From IMG/VR virus record IMGVR_UViG_3300047157_000186: 64,000 nucleotides of DNA; one strand, given 5' to 3'. Shown one piece after another: positions 32,368 through 39,697 of the stretch; the first letter of the stretch is position 1; every line of letters begins with the position of its first letter. The notes beneath the pieces are model-generated. The model made no database searches. It was given only the letters and a program-made list of their open reading frames with translations, and was not told the origin of the DNA. A program made the translations under genes and the position numbers. This DNA comes from a virus. Its lineage: Duplodnaviria > Caudoviricetes.

Positions 32368-32883
32368 ATGAAAATATTTGTAACATCTAATTTACAGTTA
32401 GGTAGACCAGCTGCCATAAAGCAATATAAAAGATCATACACTGATGTAGATCAAATGACTGATGATCTTATATTAAAATGGAATGAAACTGTAAAAGCAG
32501 AAGATACTGTGTTTTATCTTGGTAATTTTGCGCATGATCCTAAAACGGCTCAAGATGCATTACAAAGATTAAATGGTAATATTAAATTTATTGAAGGCGA
32601 TTATGATAGCTCTATTTCTTTATTACATGATAAGGGCATGTTACCTACTAGATGTTCTATTCTTAGATGTGTAGATAAAATTGAAGGATTTAATGTAGCA
32701 GTGTCTTATTGGCCGTTAGGAGCATGGCCTGAAAAAGCAAAAAAAGCTTGGTCCATTATAGGTTATCCAAATAAAAAATATAAATCAGATCCTAAAAAGA
32801 GAATCATTAATGTCTCTACTGATTTATGGGCAAATAGACCACAAGAGCTAGAAAAGCTACTTGGCATCTTCTCAGATTTTTAA
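32368..32883 (+). CDS. Calcineurin-like phosphoesterase-fold protein with metal ligands substituted (pseudoenzyme)
   Basis: TSNLQLG, WNETVKAEDTVFYLGNF, RLNG, EGDYD, INVSTDLW. Confidence 0.75.
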   Translation: MKIFVTSNLQLGRPAAIKQYKRSYTDVDQMTDDLILKWNETVKAEDTVFYLGNFAHDPKTAQDALQRLNGNIKFIEGDYDSSISLLHDKGMLPTRCSILRCVDKIEGFNVAVSYWPLGAWPEKAKKAWSIIGYPNKKYKSDPKKRIINVSTDLWANRPQELEKLLGIFSDF

Positions 32884-32914
32884 TTTACAACTTTTCCGAA
32901 AATAAACGCTTAAA

Positions 32915-32948
32915 TATTTTTTTATGTCGTTTATTTGTGGTATATTAG
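32915..32948 (+). promoter_or_regulatory. Early-class promoter
   Basis: TTTTTATGTC...GTGGTATATTAG. Confidence 0.8.
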
Positions 32949-32975
32949 TAGTATAATTAAAACAGAGAGAGTCAT

Positions 32976-33332
32976 ATGCAAATAAAAATTAACAAACAAC
33001 AAGAAGAAGTTTTAAAGTCAGCCTTAGAAGATTACATTCAAAATCTTGTAGGTAAAGGTCGCAAATACAATAATGCTGTTGAAATCATAAACACCATTAA
33101 CAATGCGGGACTAGTTAAGTTAGAACGTACACCAAGAGTCTTTATTAAAAAACAATACATGTTCACCTTTGAAGAAGGAGGTTGGAATACTGTTTGGGCT
33201 AAGACATTGCCAGGTGCAAAAAGACAAGCTATCAAAGAATATAAGGATTTGGAAAATCTAACAGTACGTTTAGATTCAGTACACTTAGCAACTAAAAAAG
33301 GATTAGAATCAGCAATGAGTTTATTTTACTAA
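32976..33332 (+). CDS. Early hypothetical protein
   Basis: 118 aa, directly after an early promoter. Confidence 0.6.
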   Translation: MQIKINKQQEEVLKSALEDYIQNLVGKGRKYNNAVEIINTINNAGLVKLERTPRVFIKKQYMFTFEEGGWNTVWAKTLPGAKRQAIKEYKDLENLTVRLDSVHLATKKGLESAMSLFY

Positions 33333-33360
33333 TTGTTCGTAACTTTTGAAAATAAATCTA

Positions 33361-33398
33361 AAAAAGCTTTCCCGTTTAAATAAAAAGTGTTATATTAG
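33361..33398 (+). promoter_or_regulatory. Early-class promoter, subtype GCTTTCCCG...TATATTAG, driving the ECF sigma gene
   Basis: Near-identical context of about 100 bp repeated at 39599-39700. Confidence 0.8.
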
Positions 33399-33430
33399 CC
33401 CTATAATTAAAAACTAAAAAAAATAATAAT

Positions 33431-34036
33431 ATGCCAAAACAACTCAGTTACCGCGAACTATCAGAAAATTTTATCAAGTCAAAATCAGAAAAAGATTACA
33501 ATGCGTTATATCAACGTGTAAAACCAGGACTTAGAAATTATATTTCAAATGTAGTCAAAGATGTGAATGCCACAGAAGATGTTCTAACAAACACACTAAC
33601 TAAAATGTGGACTAAGATTGATCAATATAATCCATCATATCAAATCACAACGTGGTTATACAGAATTGCATTCAACGAATGTTTAGGTTGGATACGCCAA
33701 CGTAATTCTAAATATAGTATTGAAACTATGAAAGAATACGGTATTGAAATTTCTGATCAATATGCTCACACATCAGCTCGTGATTTATTGATTGAGAACG
33801 AAACAAAAACAGAATCAGATTGGTATGAAGAAGATGATTATTTACAAGCACGTTATGAACTAGCTCTTGCAAATATAGAGTCACTAAAACCAATGTATAA
33901 AGAGATTATTGAAGATCGTCTTCTTAATAATATGAAATATGAAGATATTGCTGCTAAGCATAATCTACCACTTCAAACTATTAAAAACAGAATTCGTAGA
34001 GGTAAATCTATTATTGCAGAAAGTATGGATTATTAA
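33431..34036 (+). CDS. ECF-type RNA polymerase sigma factor
   Basis: Region 2 EDVLTNTLTKMWTKIDQYNPSYQITTWLYRIAFN; region 4 MKYEDIAAKHNLPLQTIKNRIRRGK. Confidence 0.9.
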   Translation: MPKQLSYRELSENFIKSKSEKDYNALYQRVKPGLRNYISNVVKDVNATEDVLTNTLTKMWTKIDQYNPSYQITTWLYRIAFNECLGWIRQRNSKYSIETMKEYGIEISDQYAHTSARDLLIENETKTESDWYEEDDYLQARYELALANIESLKPMYKEIIEDRLLNNMKYEDIAAKHNLPLQTIKNRIRRGKSIIAESMDY

Positions 34037-34040
34037 TATC

Positions 34041-34199
34041 ATGAAGAAGTATAAATCAATAGTAGATCACATATGGAATTGTGGGTGTGGTTCAATGAAT
34101 TCACCTTACAGAACTGTATGCGGATTTTGTGGAGCTGAAAATAAAAATTCAGATAATCAAGAAATAGAAAAAACAATAAAAAATTCACAAATACCATAA
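34041..34199 (+). CDS. Small zinc-ribbon protein
   Basis: WNCGCGSMNSPYRTVCGFCG. Confidence 0.6.
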   Translation: MKKYKSIVDHIWNCGCGSMNSPYRTVCGFCGAENKNSDNQEIEKTIKNSQIP

Positions 34200-34283
34200 A
34201 CAAAATAAAACACATTGGTATAATATAAGTGAACAACAAAAAAAAAGGTTCTTTGATTTATTGGTAGAGAAAATACGTTAGAT

Positions 34284-34365
34284 GCTCGGGTGATGAAATC
34301 GGTAAACATGTTCGACTTAAAATCGAATGGCCACAGCCTTGCGGGTTCGAGTCCCGCCCCGAGCA
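34284..34365 (+). tRNA. tRNA-Leu(TAA)
   Basis: GCTCGGG/CCCGAGC acceptor, TTCGA-CTTAAAA-TCGAA arm, variable arm, TTCGAGT. Confidence 0.95.
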
Positions 34366-34425
34366 CCCAAATATTTTTGGTAGACGTGTCTGTTAATTTT
34401 CTTAAGTACCATAGATATATAATCT

Positions 34426-34860
34426 ATGAAAGATAAAGTAACAAAAGATGAATTAGTAGAAGCTATTAATTCTTCAATAACAATGGCACAAGCAGCAGAC
34501 AAAGTTGATTTAGCATTTACAACATTTAAAAGATACGCTAAAAAACATGGTCTATATAATGCTAATCAAGGTGGCAAAGGAACACGTCGACCACTTAAAA
34601 AACTTCAAGATGTTTTTTCAGGTAAAGAACATTTAGTAACAAACCATCTTAAATATCGTTTGATACTAGAAGGCTTTAAGACCGAACAATGTGAGGAATG
34701 TGGTATAACAGAATGGAATGGTAAAAATATTTCTTTTGAACTTGATCATGTAAATGGAAAAAGAATGGACAACTCATTAGAAAATCTAAAAATTCTATGT
34801 CCAAACTGTCATTCACAAACACCAACATTTAGAGGTAGAAATATTCGTATGGACCAGTAG
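34426..34860 (+). mobile_element. Free-standing HNH homing endonuclease inside the tRNA array
   Basis: CEECG...ELDHVNG...DNSLENLKILCPNCHSQT with an N-terminal HTH-like segment; own late promoter at 34414; stop codon lies within tRNA-Arg. Confidence 0.85.
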
Positions 34861-34927
34861 CTCAGCTGGATAGAGCATCTGCCTTCTAAGCAGACGGTCA
34901 CAGGTTCGAATCCTGTCTGGTTCACCA
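34851..34927 (+). tRNA. tRNA-Arg(TCT), CCA encoded
   Basis: GGACCAG/CTGGTTC acceptor, TCTGC-CTTCTAA-GCAGA arm. Confidence 0.95.
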
Positions 34928-34950
34928 ATATCGACTGTCAGTCAAGCTTT

Positions 34951-35071
34951 AGAGAGGTAGTGAAGCTGTAGTTAAGAAGTAGAGTGTATTAATTGTCGAA
35001 AAAGGGTTTATAGTAGACAGGCGTTACTCATTGCACTTAACCAGAAACCCCGAAAGACCCGAAGCCTCTCT
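34951..35071 (+). ncRNA. Candidate structured RNA between tRNA-Arg and tRNA-Glu
   Basis: AGAGAGG/CCTCTCT closing stem, GTTAAG/CTTAAC, GAGT/ACTC, TTGTC/GACAG; loop GGGTTT complementary to AAACCC. Confidence 0.5.
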
Positions 35072-35076
35072 TATTT

Positions 35077-35148
35077 GCTCCGTTCGTCTAACGGTTAGGA
35101 CATTAGGTTTTCATCCTAAAAATAGGAGTTCGATTCTCCTACGGAGTA
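35077..35148 (+). tRNA. tRNA-Glu(TTC), CCA not encoded
   Basis: GCTCCGT/ACGGAGT acceptor, TTAGG-TTTTCAT-CCTAA arm. Confidence 0.93.
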
Positions 35149-35157
35149 CAACAGATT

Positions 35158-35234
35158 GATCTCTTAGCTCAGTTGGCTAGAGCATCTCACTTTTAATGAG
35201 AGGGTCCAGGGTTCGAGTCCCTGAGGGATCACCA
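35158..35234 (+). tRNA. tRNA-Lys(TTT), CCA encoded
   Basis: GATCTCT/AGGGATC acceptor, TCTCA-CTTTTAA-TGAGA arm. Confidence 0.95.
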
Positions 35235-35237
35235 TAT

Positions 35238-35314
35238 AGTCAAGTATCTCCTCAAGCTTATACCTTGTAGAAAGAGTAATTGGTTACATGAGAGTTCAAA
35301 TCTCTCCTTGACTA
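35238..35314 (+). ncRNA. Non-canonical tRNA-like RNA: perfect acceptor and T-arm, rearranged D/anticodon region
   Basis: AGTCAAG/CTTGACT plus discriminator A, GAGAG-TTCAAAT-CTCTC T-arm, internal CAAG-CTTATAC-CTTG and GTAA-TTGG-TTAC hairpins. Confidence 0.75.
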
Positions 35315-35376
35315 CCTGTGGAAGAAATTTAATTATATTAATGATATATAGTTTTCAACTAAAAAAATAATAAGTA

Positions 35377-35520
35377 ATGAATTCTGAACAATCAAACAAT
35401 GGAAACACTCAGATAAACCATGAGAGAGCAAGTCTCAACAGTAGAGTTTCTAAATTTATGATGCTTGGTAAATCCAAGAAAGTACAATGGGACGGTAGAA
35501 GAAGAAACCGCACCATTTAA
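35377..35520 (+). CDS. Small basic peptide (47 aa) within the tRNA array
   Basis: ATG..TAA ORF behind the late box at 35343. Confidence 0.5.
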   Translation: MNSEQSNNGNTQINHERASLNSRVSKFMMLGKSKKVQWDGRRRNRTI

Positions 35521-35526
35521 AAGGCC

Positions 35527-35600
35527 GCCTTTGTAGCTCAGCTGGCTAGAGCAGCGCATTTGTAATGCGCAGGTCGTGGGTTCGAGTCCCTCCAAAGGCT
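35527..35600 (+). tRNA. tRNA-Thr(TGT), CCA not encoded
   Basis: GCCTTTG/CAAAGGC acceptor, GCGCA-TTTGTAA-TGCGC arm. Confidence 0.93.
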
Positions 35601-35606
35601 CATTAA

Positions 35607-35679
35607 GCGAAAGTAGCTCAGTTGGTAGAGCGAAAGCCTTCCAAGCTTTAGGTCGCCAGTTCGAACCTGGTCTTTCGCT
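35607..35679 (+). tRNA. tRNA-Gly(TCC), CCA not encoded
   Basis: GCGAAAG/CTTTCGC acceptor, AAAGC-CTTCCAA-GCTTT arm. Confidence 0.93.
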
Positions 35680-35684
35680 CATAA

Positions 35685-35906
35685 TCGAGAAATAAAGACA
35701 ACTCGGGACAAGCATAAGAGTCCTTAAACAATGCAGGCCACTACCTCGCGAGCCTACAATAACATAAAACGTGGGGTCTGGGATTCTAAAGGACATAACA
35801 AACCTACCCAGTAGTTTGACTAATTTTCATGTGGTAAGACACTAATGCGTTTTATTGAAGAGAAAGAAAAACCGTTAAAATCCAGTCTAACAAGTCTTAG
35901 TTAGGC
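35685..35906 (+). ncRNA. Candidate structured RNA between tRNA-Gly and tRNA-Asp
   Basis: AGGC/GCCT, ATAAAACGT/GCGTTTTAT, CTGGG/CCCAG and GTCTAAC/GTTAGGC stems; TAAGAC complementary to loop GTCTTA; no good ORF. Confidence 0.4.
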
Positions 35907-35913
35907 GCAATAT

Positions 35914-35990
35914 AGTCTGGTAGCTCAGTTGGTTAGAGTGTCGCCCTGTCACGGCGAAGGTCGCGGGTTCGAGTCCCGTCCAGACTGCCA
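35914..35990 (+). tRNA. tRNA-Asp(GTC), CCA encoded
   Basis: AGTCTGG/CCAGACT acceptor, TCGCC-CTGTCAC-GGCGA arm. Confidence 0.95.
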
Positions 35991-36024
35991 TTTTTACAAT
36001 AGATATATAATCTAAATCATTATC

Positions 36025-36132
36025 ATGACAGATCCTAAAAACGAACCAGACGTAGACTTAGAAAATTCAGAATACGATTCTTTTTCAATACCAAATAAAT
36101 CGGAGTATATTGATGATGATTACGATTATTAA
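36025..36132 (+). CDS. Very acidic 35-aa peptide
   Basis: MTDPKNEPDVDLENSEYDSFSIPNKSEYIDDDYDY behind the late box at 36002. Confidence 0.45.
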   Translation: MTDPKNEPDVDLENSEYDSFSIPNKSEYIDDDYDY

Positions 36133-36143
36133 ATCAAGGTAAT

Positions 36144-36854
36144 ATGCAAACACGAGTAGTTTATATGAGTGGTAATGAATTTTCAGTAAACATTACTAAA
36201 GAAACCACTAAATCCTTAGAAGATTTCGGTATTGAATATGAATTATTTGATGGTGTAAAAGGAAGAGATGGAATTAAAATTCTAAACAATCTTAATATAG
36301 TTCCATCTGCTTATGTAGAACAAAGAGATTGGACCGATGGTACAATTGGATGCTTAGCAAGTCATGTATTACTTTGGGAAGAATGTTCTCGTCAAGAAGA
36401 ATCATATCTTATAATAGAACAAGATGGTGTTTTAATAAAAGATCCCAGATCACTTCTACCACTAATAGACACTGTTTGTCACTTAGATGCATATTTGCCA
36501 TTTGATAATTCAAAAACAGCTTCAACTGCATTAGAATATTTTCAACTATATAATGAAAGAGTTGCTTTAGAAGAACCCGGTGTAAAGAACTATCCAAAGA
36601 ATAAATTTTATGATGATAATAATATAACAGGTTCATGTTTTAGAGGAACTTATGGATATATTATAACACCAAAGGGTGCAAAAGAAGTTTTAGATTTTAT
36701 TAAAACTAAAGGTGCATTTCCTTCAGATAGATGTCTGTGTTCAAAGGCAACACATTTACAAAGATCTAATAGTACTTATGTTAGATTAAATCCATTTTTT
36801 AATTCACTTGATGTTCAACGAAAGTGGTCGCTTAGAATTCCGGGTGCCATTTAA
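36144..36854 (+). CDS. Glycosyltransferase family 25-like
   Basis: ELFDGVKG, GTIGCLASHVLLWE, LIIEQDG, GTYGYIITPKGAK. Confidence 0.8.
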   Translation: MQTRVVYMSGNEFSVNITKETTKSLEDFGIEYELFDGVKGRDGIKILNNLNIVPSAYVEQRDWTDGTIGCLASHVLLWEECSRQEESYLIIEQDGVLIKDPRSLLPLIDTVCHLDAYLPFDNSKTASTALEYFQLYNERVALEEPGVKNYPKNKFYDDNNITGSCFRGTYGYIITPKGAKEVLDFIKTKGAFPSDRCLCSKATHLQRSNSTYVRLNPFFNSLDVQRKWSLRIPGAI

Positions 36855-36913
36855 TTAATCATTTAAGATATATAATAAGTACGAAAGTACATTAAAAAAA
36901 TATATCTTATAAT

Positions 36914-37159
36914 ATGAAAAAGATAATTGGATGGGTATCAGGATTACTAAGAGATGAAAAGGGAACTCCGTCATCTAAAAGATTTATTGGAATTTTAGCA
37001 GGTATCACATTATGTGCCGCTTTATTTATTAATCTTTACACAGAATATCCAGTAGAACCTACAATCGTAAACGCAGTCGCAGCAATATGTATTGGTGGAC
37101 TTGGACTAGCTTCAGCTGATAAAATATTCGGCAAGAAAAAAGAAGAAACAAAGGAATAA
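36914..37159 (+). CDS. Small two-TM membrane protein, holin-like
   Basis: PSSKRF motif, two hydrophobic helices, basic C-terminus, late promoter at 36867. Confidence 0.55.
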   Translation: MKKIIGWVSGLLRDEKGTPSSKRFIGILAGITLCAALFINLYTEYPVEPTIVNAVAAICIGGLGLASADKIFGKKKEETKE

Positions 37160-37169
37160 ATTTAATTAA

Positions 37170-37709
37170 ATGGAATTTAGTTTAGACAAAGTTATATCTG
37201 AAGAATATCGGGCTATGATTCAGGAAAATACTAAAGATATGCCATGGGGTGGAGCTGTAATAAGCTCTGTTCCTAAGATATATGAATATGCTTTAGAATA
37301 TGACTGTAAATCAATTTTAGATTATGGTTCAGGAAAATCAGATTTTTTTAACACATTAAACGAATCATATCCTGATCATCAATTTAAGGTAAATCAATAT
37401 GAACCCGCTAGGCCTGAATTCGAAATGGATCCAGAAGCAAGTGACATGACAGTTTGTGTTGATGTAATGGAACACATAGAACCAGAAAAATTAGAAGCAG
37501 TTTTAGATCACATTGCAGATAAAACTAATAAGATCTTATATTTTAAAGTATGTATGTTGCCTTCTCATAATAAATTTAAAAATGGGCAGAATCTACATTT
37601 AATAATAGAAAATAAAGATTTTTGGTTAGATAAATTATCAAAATATTATAACTTAGATAATATTATTGTTGCACCTGGACATGTTTGGGGATTAGCAATA
37701 AAAAAATAA
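37170..37709 (+). CDS. Class I SAM-dependent methyltransferase
   Basis: ILDYGSGK, CVDVMEHIEP, LHLIIE. Confidence 0.85.
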   Translation: MEFSLDKVISEEYRAMIQENTKDMPWGGAVISSVPKIYEYALEYDCKSILDYGSGKSDFFNTLNESYPDHQFKVNQYEPARPEFEMDPEASDMTVCVDVMEHIEPEKLEAVLDHIADKTNKILYFKVCMLPSHNKFKNGQNLHLIIENKDFWLDKLSKYYNLDNIIVAPGHVWGLAIKK

Positions 37710-37720
37710 ATATACTTAAT

Positions 37721-38329
37721 ATGAGTTGTTACACTAGAGAACAAATAGAAGAAGTAATGAAAGCCAAAGGCTACAAATACTTCACAGGAGGAGACTACGA
37801 TGTTAATATCATTGGAGTAAGAAACTCAGAAACTAAAAATAAGGTAACAAATAAATTTGATGACTGTTTAACATTATCTTATAAAATAGATGGTGAATGG
37901 CAGTTTCATTGCTTTCCATGTACTACCGATCCTGGAACACATTGGGTAGAGAATGTACTAAATAAAAATGGAGTAGCGATACTTAAACCGGGTCAATATA
38001 GAGGTTCTCATAAATTAAGATTACATGCTGGTAAATATTTAGCTTTAGGGCAACAAAAACCAGTTAAAGTATATCGAGACAATAATAGAGATGACAAATA
38101 TGATTTGTTAGAAGAAAATGTACATGAAGGTATTTATGGAATTAACATTCATAGAGCTACAAGCAGAGCAGGTGGAAAATCTACACAAGTAGATAAATGG
38201 TCTGCAGGATGTCAAGTTATTGCCGATAATGATGATTGGCATGAATTCTTAGATATTTGCCAAATCGCTAGAGAAAAATGGGGTAACTCTTTTACTTATA
38301 CTTTAATTGATTCAAGCGATATTTCTTAA
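37721..38329 (+). CDS. L,D-transpeptidase (YkuD)-like putative endolysin
   Basis: GINIHRA-x14-WSAGCQV catalytic His/Cys pattern; TTDPG; near the holin-like gene. Confidence 0.65.
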   Translation: MSCYTREQIEEVMKAKGYKYFTGGDYDVNIIGVRNSETKNKVTNKFDDCLTLSYKIDGEWQFHCFPCTTDPGTHWVENVLNKNGVAILKPGQYRGSHKLRLHAGKYLALGQQKPVKVYRDNNRDDKYDLLEENVHEGIYGINIHRATSRAGGKSTQVDKWSAGCQVIADNDDWHEFLDICQIAREKWGNSFTYTLIDSSDIS

Positions 38330-38354
38330 ACTTTTTTGAAAATAAATCACCAGG

Positions 38355-38387
38355 ATTTTTTTATATCAATTATTTTTGGTATATTAG
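38355..38387 (+). promoter_or_regulatory. Early-class promoter driving a non-coding transcript
   Basis: TTTTTTATATC...TGGTATATTAG; no ORF follows for about 370 nt. Confidence 0.8.
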
Positions 38388-38397
38388 TACTGTAATT

Positions 38398-38641
38398 GTG
38401 GCTGAGAGCTTGATCACTCTCTCGAACATTAAGGGCCTGATGGCAACGCGACCACCCTTAATGACAGTTACATCGGACAGACGCCAGGTGAAAAAGTAAA
38501 TTTATGGCAATGTGGGAACTCAGTTCGCTGAGGTCGGTCAATCATAGGGAATACCGTTTAAAACAAAAATAGAGCCTGGTACCTACGCAACTTAAGAACG
38601 TGGGAATTGGTTAATTGAAGGTTCGACTCCTTCTCTGTTCG
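38398..38641 (+). ncRNA. Early structured RNA ending in an expanded tRNA-like domain (38475-38641)
   Basis: GGACAGA/TCTGTTC acceptor, GAAGG-TTCGACT-CCTTC T-arm, inserted hairpins; leader stems GAGAG/CTCTC and CATTAAGGG/CCCTTAATG. Confidence 0.75.
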
Positions 38642-38684
38642 CAAAATATAAATCCGGAAACTAATTTGAAAATAATTAGCTCCG

Positions 38685-38747
38685 GATTTTTTTATGTCAA
38701 ATATTTGTGGTATATTAGTAGTATACTAATGGAGGTTACTACCTCAC
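38685..38747 (+). promoter_or_regulatory. Early promoter plus GAGGT/ACCTC leader hairpin
   Basis: 38704-38747 matches 46369-46412 at 43 of 44 nt. Confidence 0.8.
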
Positions 38748-38762
38748 TAAAACCAATAAAAA

Positions 38763-38987
38763 ATGATCAGATCAAAAAAACCTAAATCAGAAATCGTTAT
38801 CGACTTAACAGGTCCACAAGGAAATGCATTTAATTTAATAGCACTTGCTAAGAATTTTGGAAAACAAATCGGCATGAGTGATTCTTATATTAAAGAGATC
38901 CAAGAAAAAATGATGTCAGGTGATTATGAAAATCTAATTCAGGTATTTGATAATGAATTTGGTTCAGTTGTAATTTTAGAAAGATAA
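38763..38987 (+). CDS. Early hypothetical protein
   Basis: IDLTGPQGNAFNLIALA...MMSGDYENLIQVFDNEFG, a motif I recall from small phage proteins. Confidence 0.7.
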   Translation: MIRSKKPKSEIVIDLTGPQGNAFNLIALAKNFGKQIGMSDSYIKEIQEKMMSGDYENLIQVFDNEFGSVVILER

Positions 38988-39101
38988 TATGAAAGCACAA
39001 GATCTTAGACACCATTTAGCCAGATTAGAAATGATGATGGCAGAAGAAAGAGGAATTAACTTAAGCTACGAAGAAGCTTTAAATATAATAGACAAATCAT
39101 A

Positions 39102-39617
39102 ATGAGAAAAGCACCAAACACAGTTGATCATCAAGAATGGAACGAACAGTTCTTACCAATTATGTGGGCTTTTGTTCAGAGTTATCAAGCATCTAAAAAT
39201 GATTTCTTAAAGAAGAAAATCAAAGAAGCTCTTAAGCGTACTATTTATAAGTGGACAGATTTACCACCTAAATATGTTTCTACAGAGATTATAAGACTTT
39301 TTGAAGAGAACGGTATTGAAGAAGATCCATTTAATCTTATATACACTGACCGTAAAATGTTGGGTAGAGATGAGGATGGTAAAACTATTATGTTATGGGA
39401 ACACACAACAACAAATCACGAAACTTATCAAACATTTGTTAAGTGTCAATCTCAAGAAGAATTAAAAGAAGCAATGTCAAACCACACTGGAGTTTGTTGG
39501 ATTACTCGCGAAGAGGACAACATACTTAATAAGAGTGGATTTAGATCAAACAGAGAAGAAGGTTGGGAAGCGGTTTATGAAAAATGCGGTATAAACGTAA
39601 TTGTTCGTAACTTTTAA
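39102..39617 (+). CDS. Hypothetical protein, possible degenerate nuclease (WEH motif)
   Basis: 171 aa; MLWEHTT, VCWITREEDNIL. Confidence 0.55.
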   Translation: MRKAPNTVDHQEWNEQFLPIMWAFVQSYQASKNDFLKKKIKEALKRTIYKWTDLPPKYVSTEIIRLFEENGIEEDPFNLIYTDRKMLGRDEDGKTIMLWEHTTTNHETYQTFVKCQSQEELKEAMSNHTGVCWITREEDNILNKSGFRSNREEGWEAVYEKCGINVIVRNF

Positions 39618-39629
39618 AAATAAACAGCA

Positions 39630-39666
39630 AAAAGCTTTCCCCGTTAAAATAAAAGTGGTATATTAG
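39630..39666 (+). promoter_or_regulatory. Early-class promoter, GCTTTCCC subtype
   Basis: Repeat of the 33361 promoter. Confidence 0.8.
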
Positions 39667-39697
39667 TACTGTAATTAAAAAGCTAAAAATAAAAAAC

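Noticed and set aside
35392-35796. 134-aa minus-strand ORF
   Set aside because: It is the antisense of tRNA-Thr and tRNA-Gly; the same applies to ORFs at 29985-30203 and 34157-34502.
38475-38641. tmRNA or tRNA-Sec
   Set aside because: No G3-U70 or Ala discriminator, no ALAA-like tag frame, too short for tmRNA, and no TCA anticodon arm.
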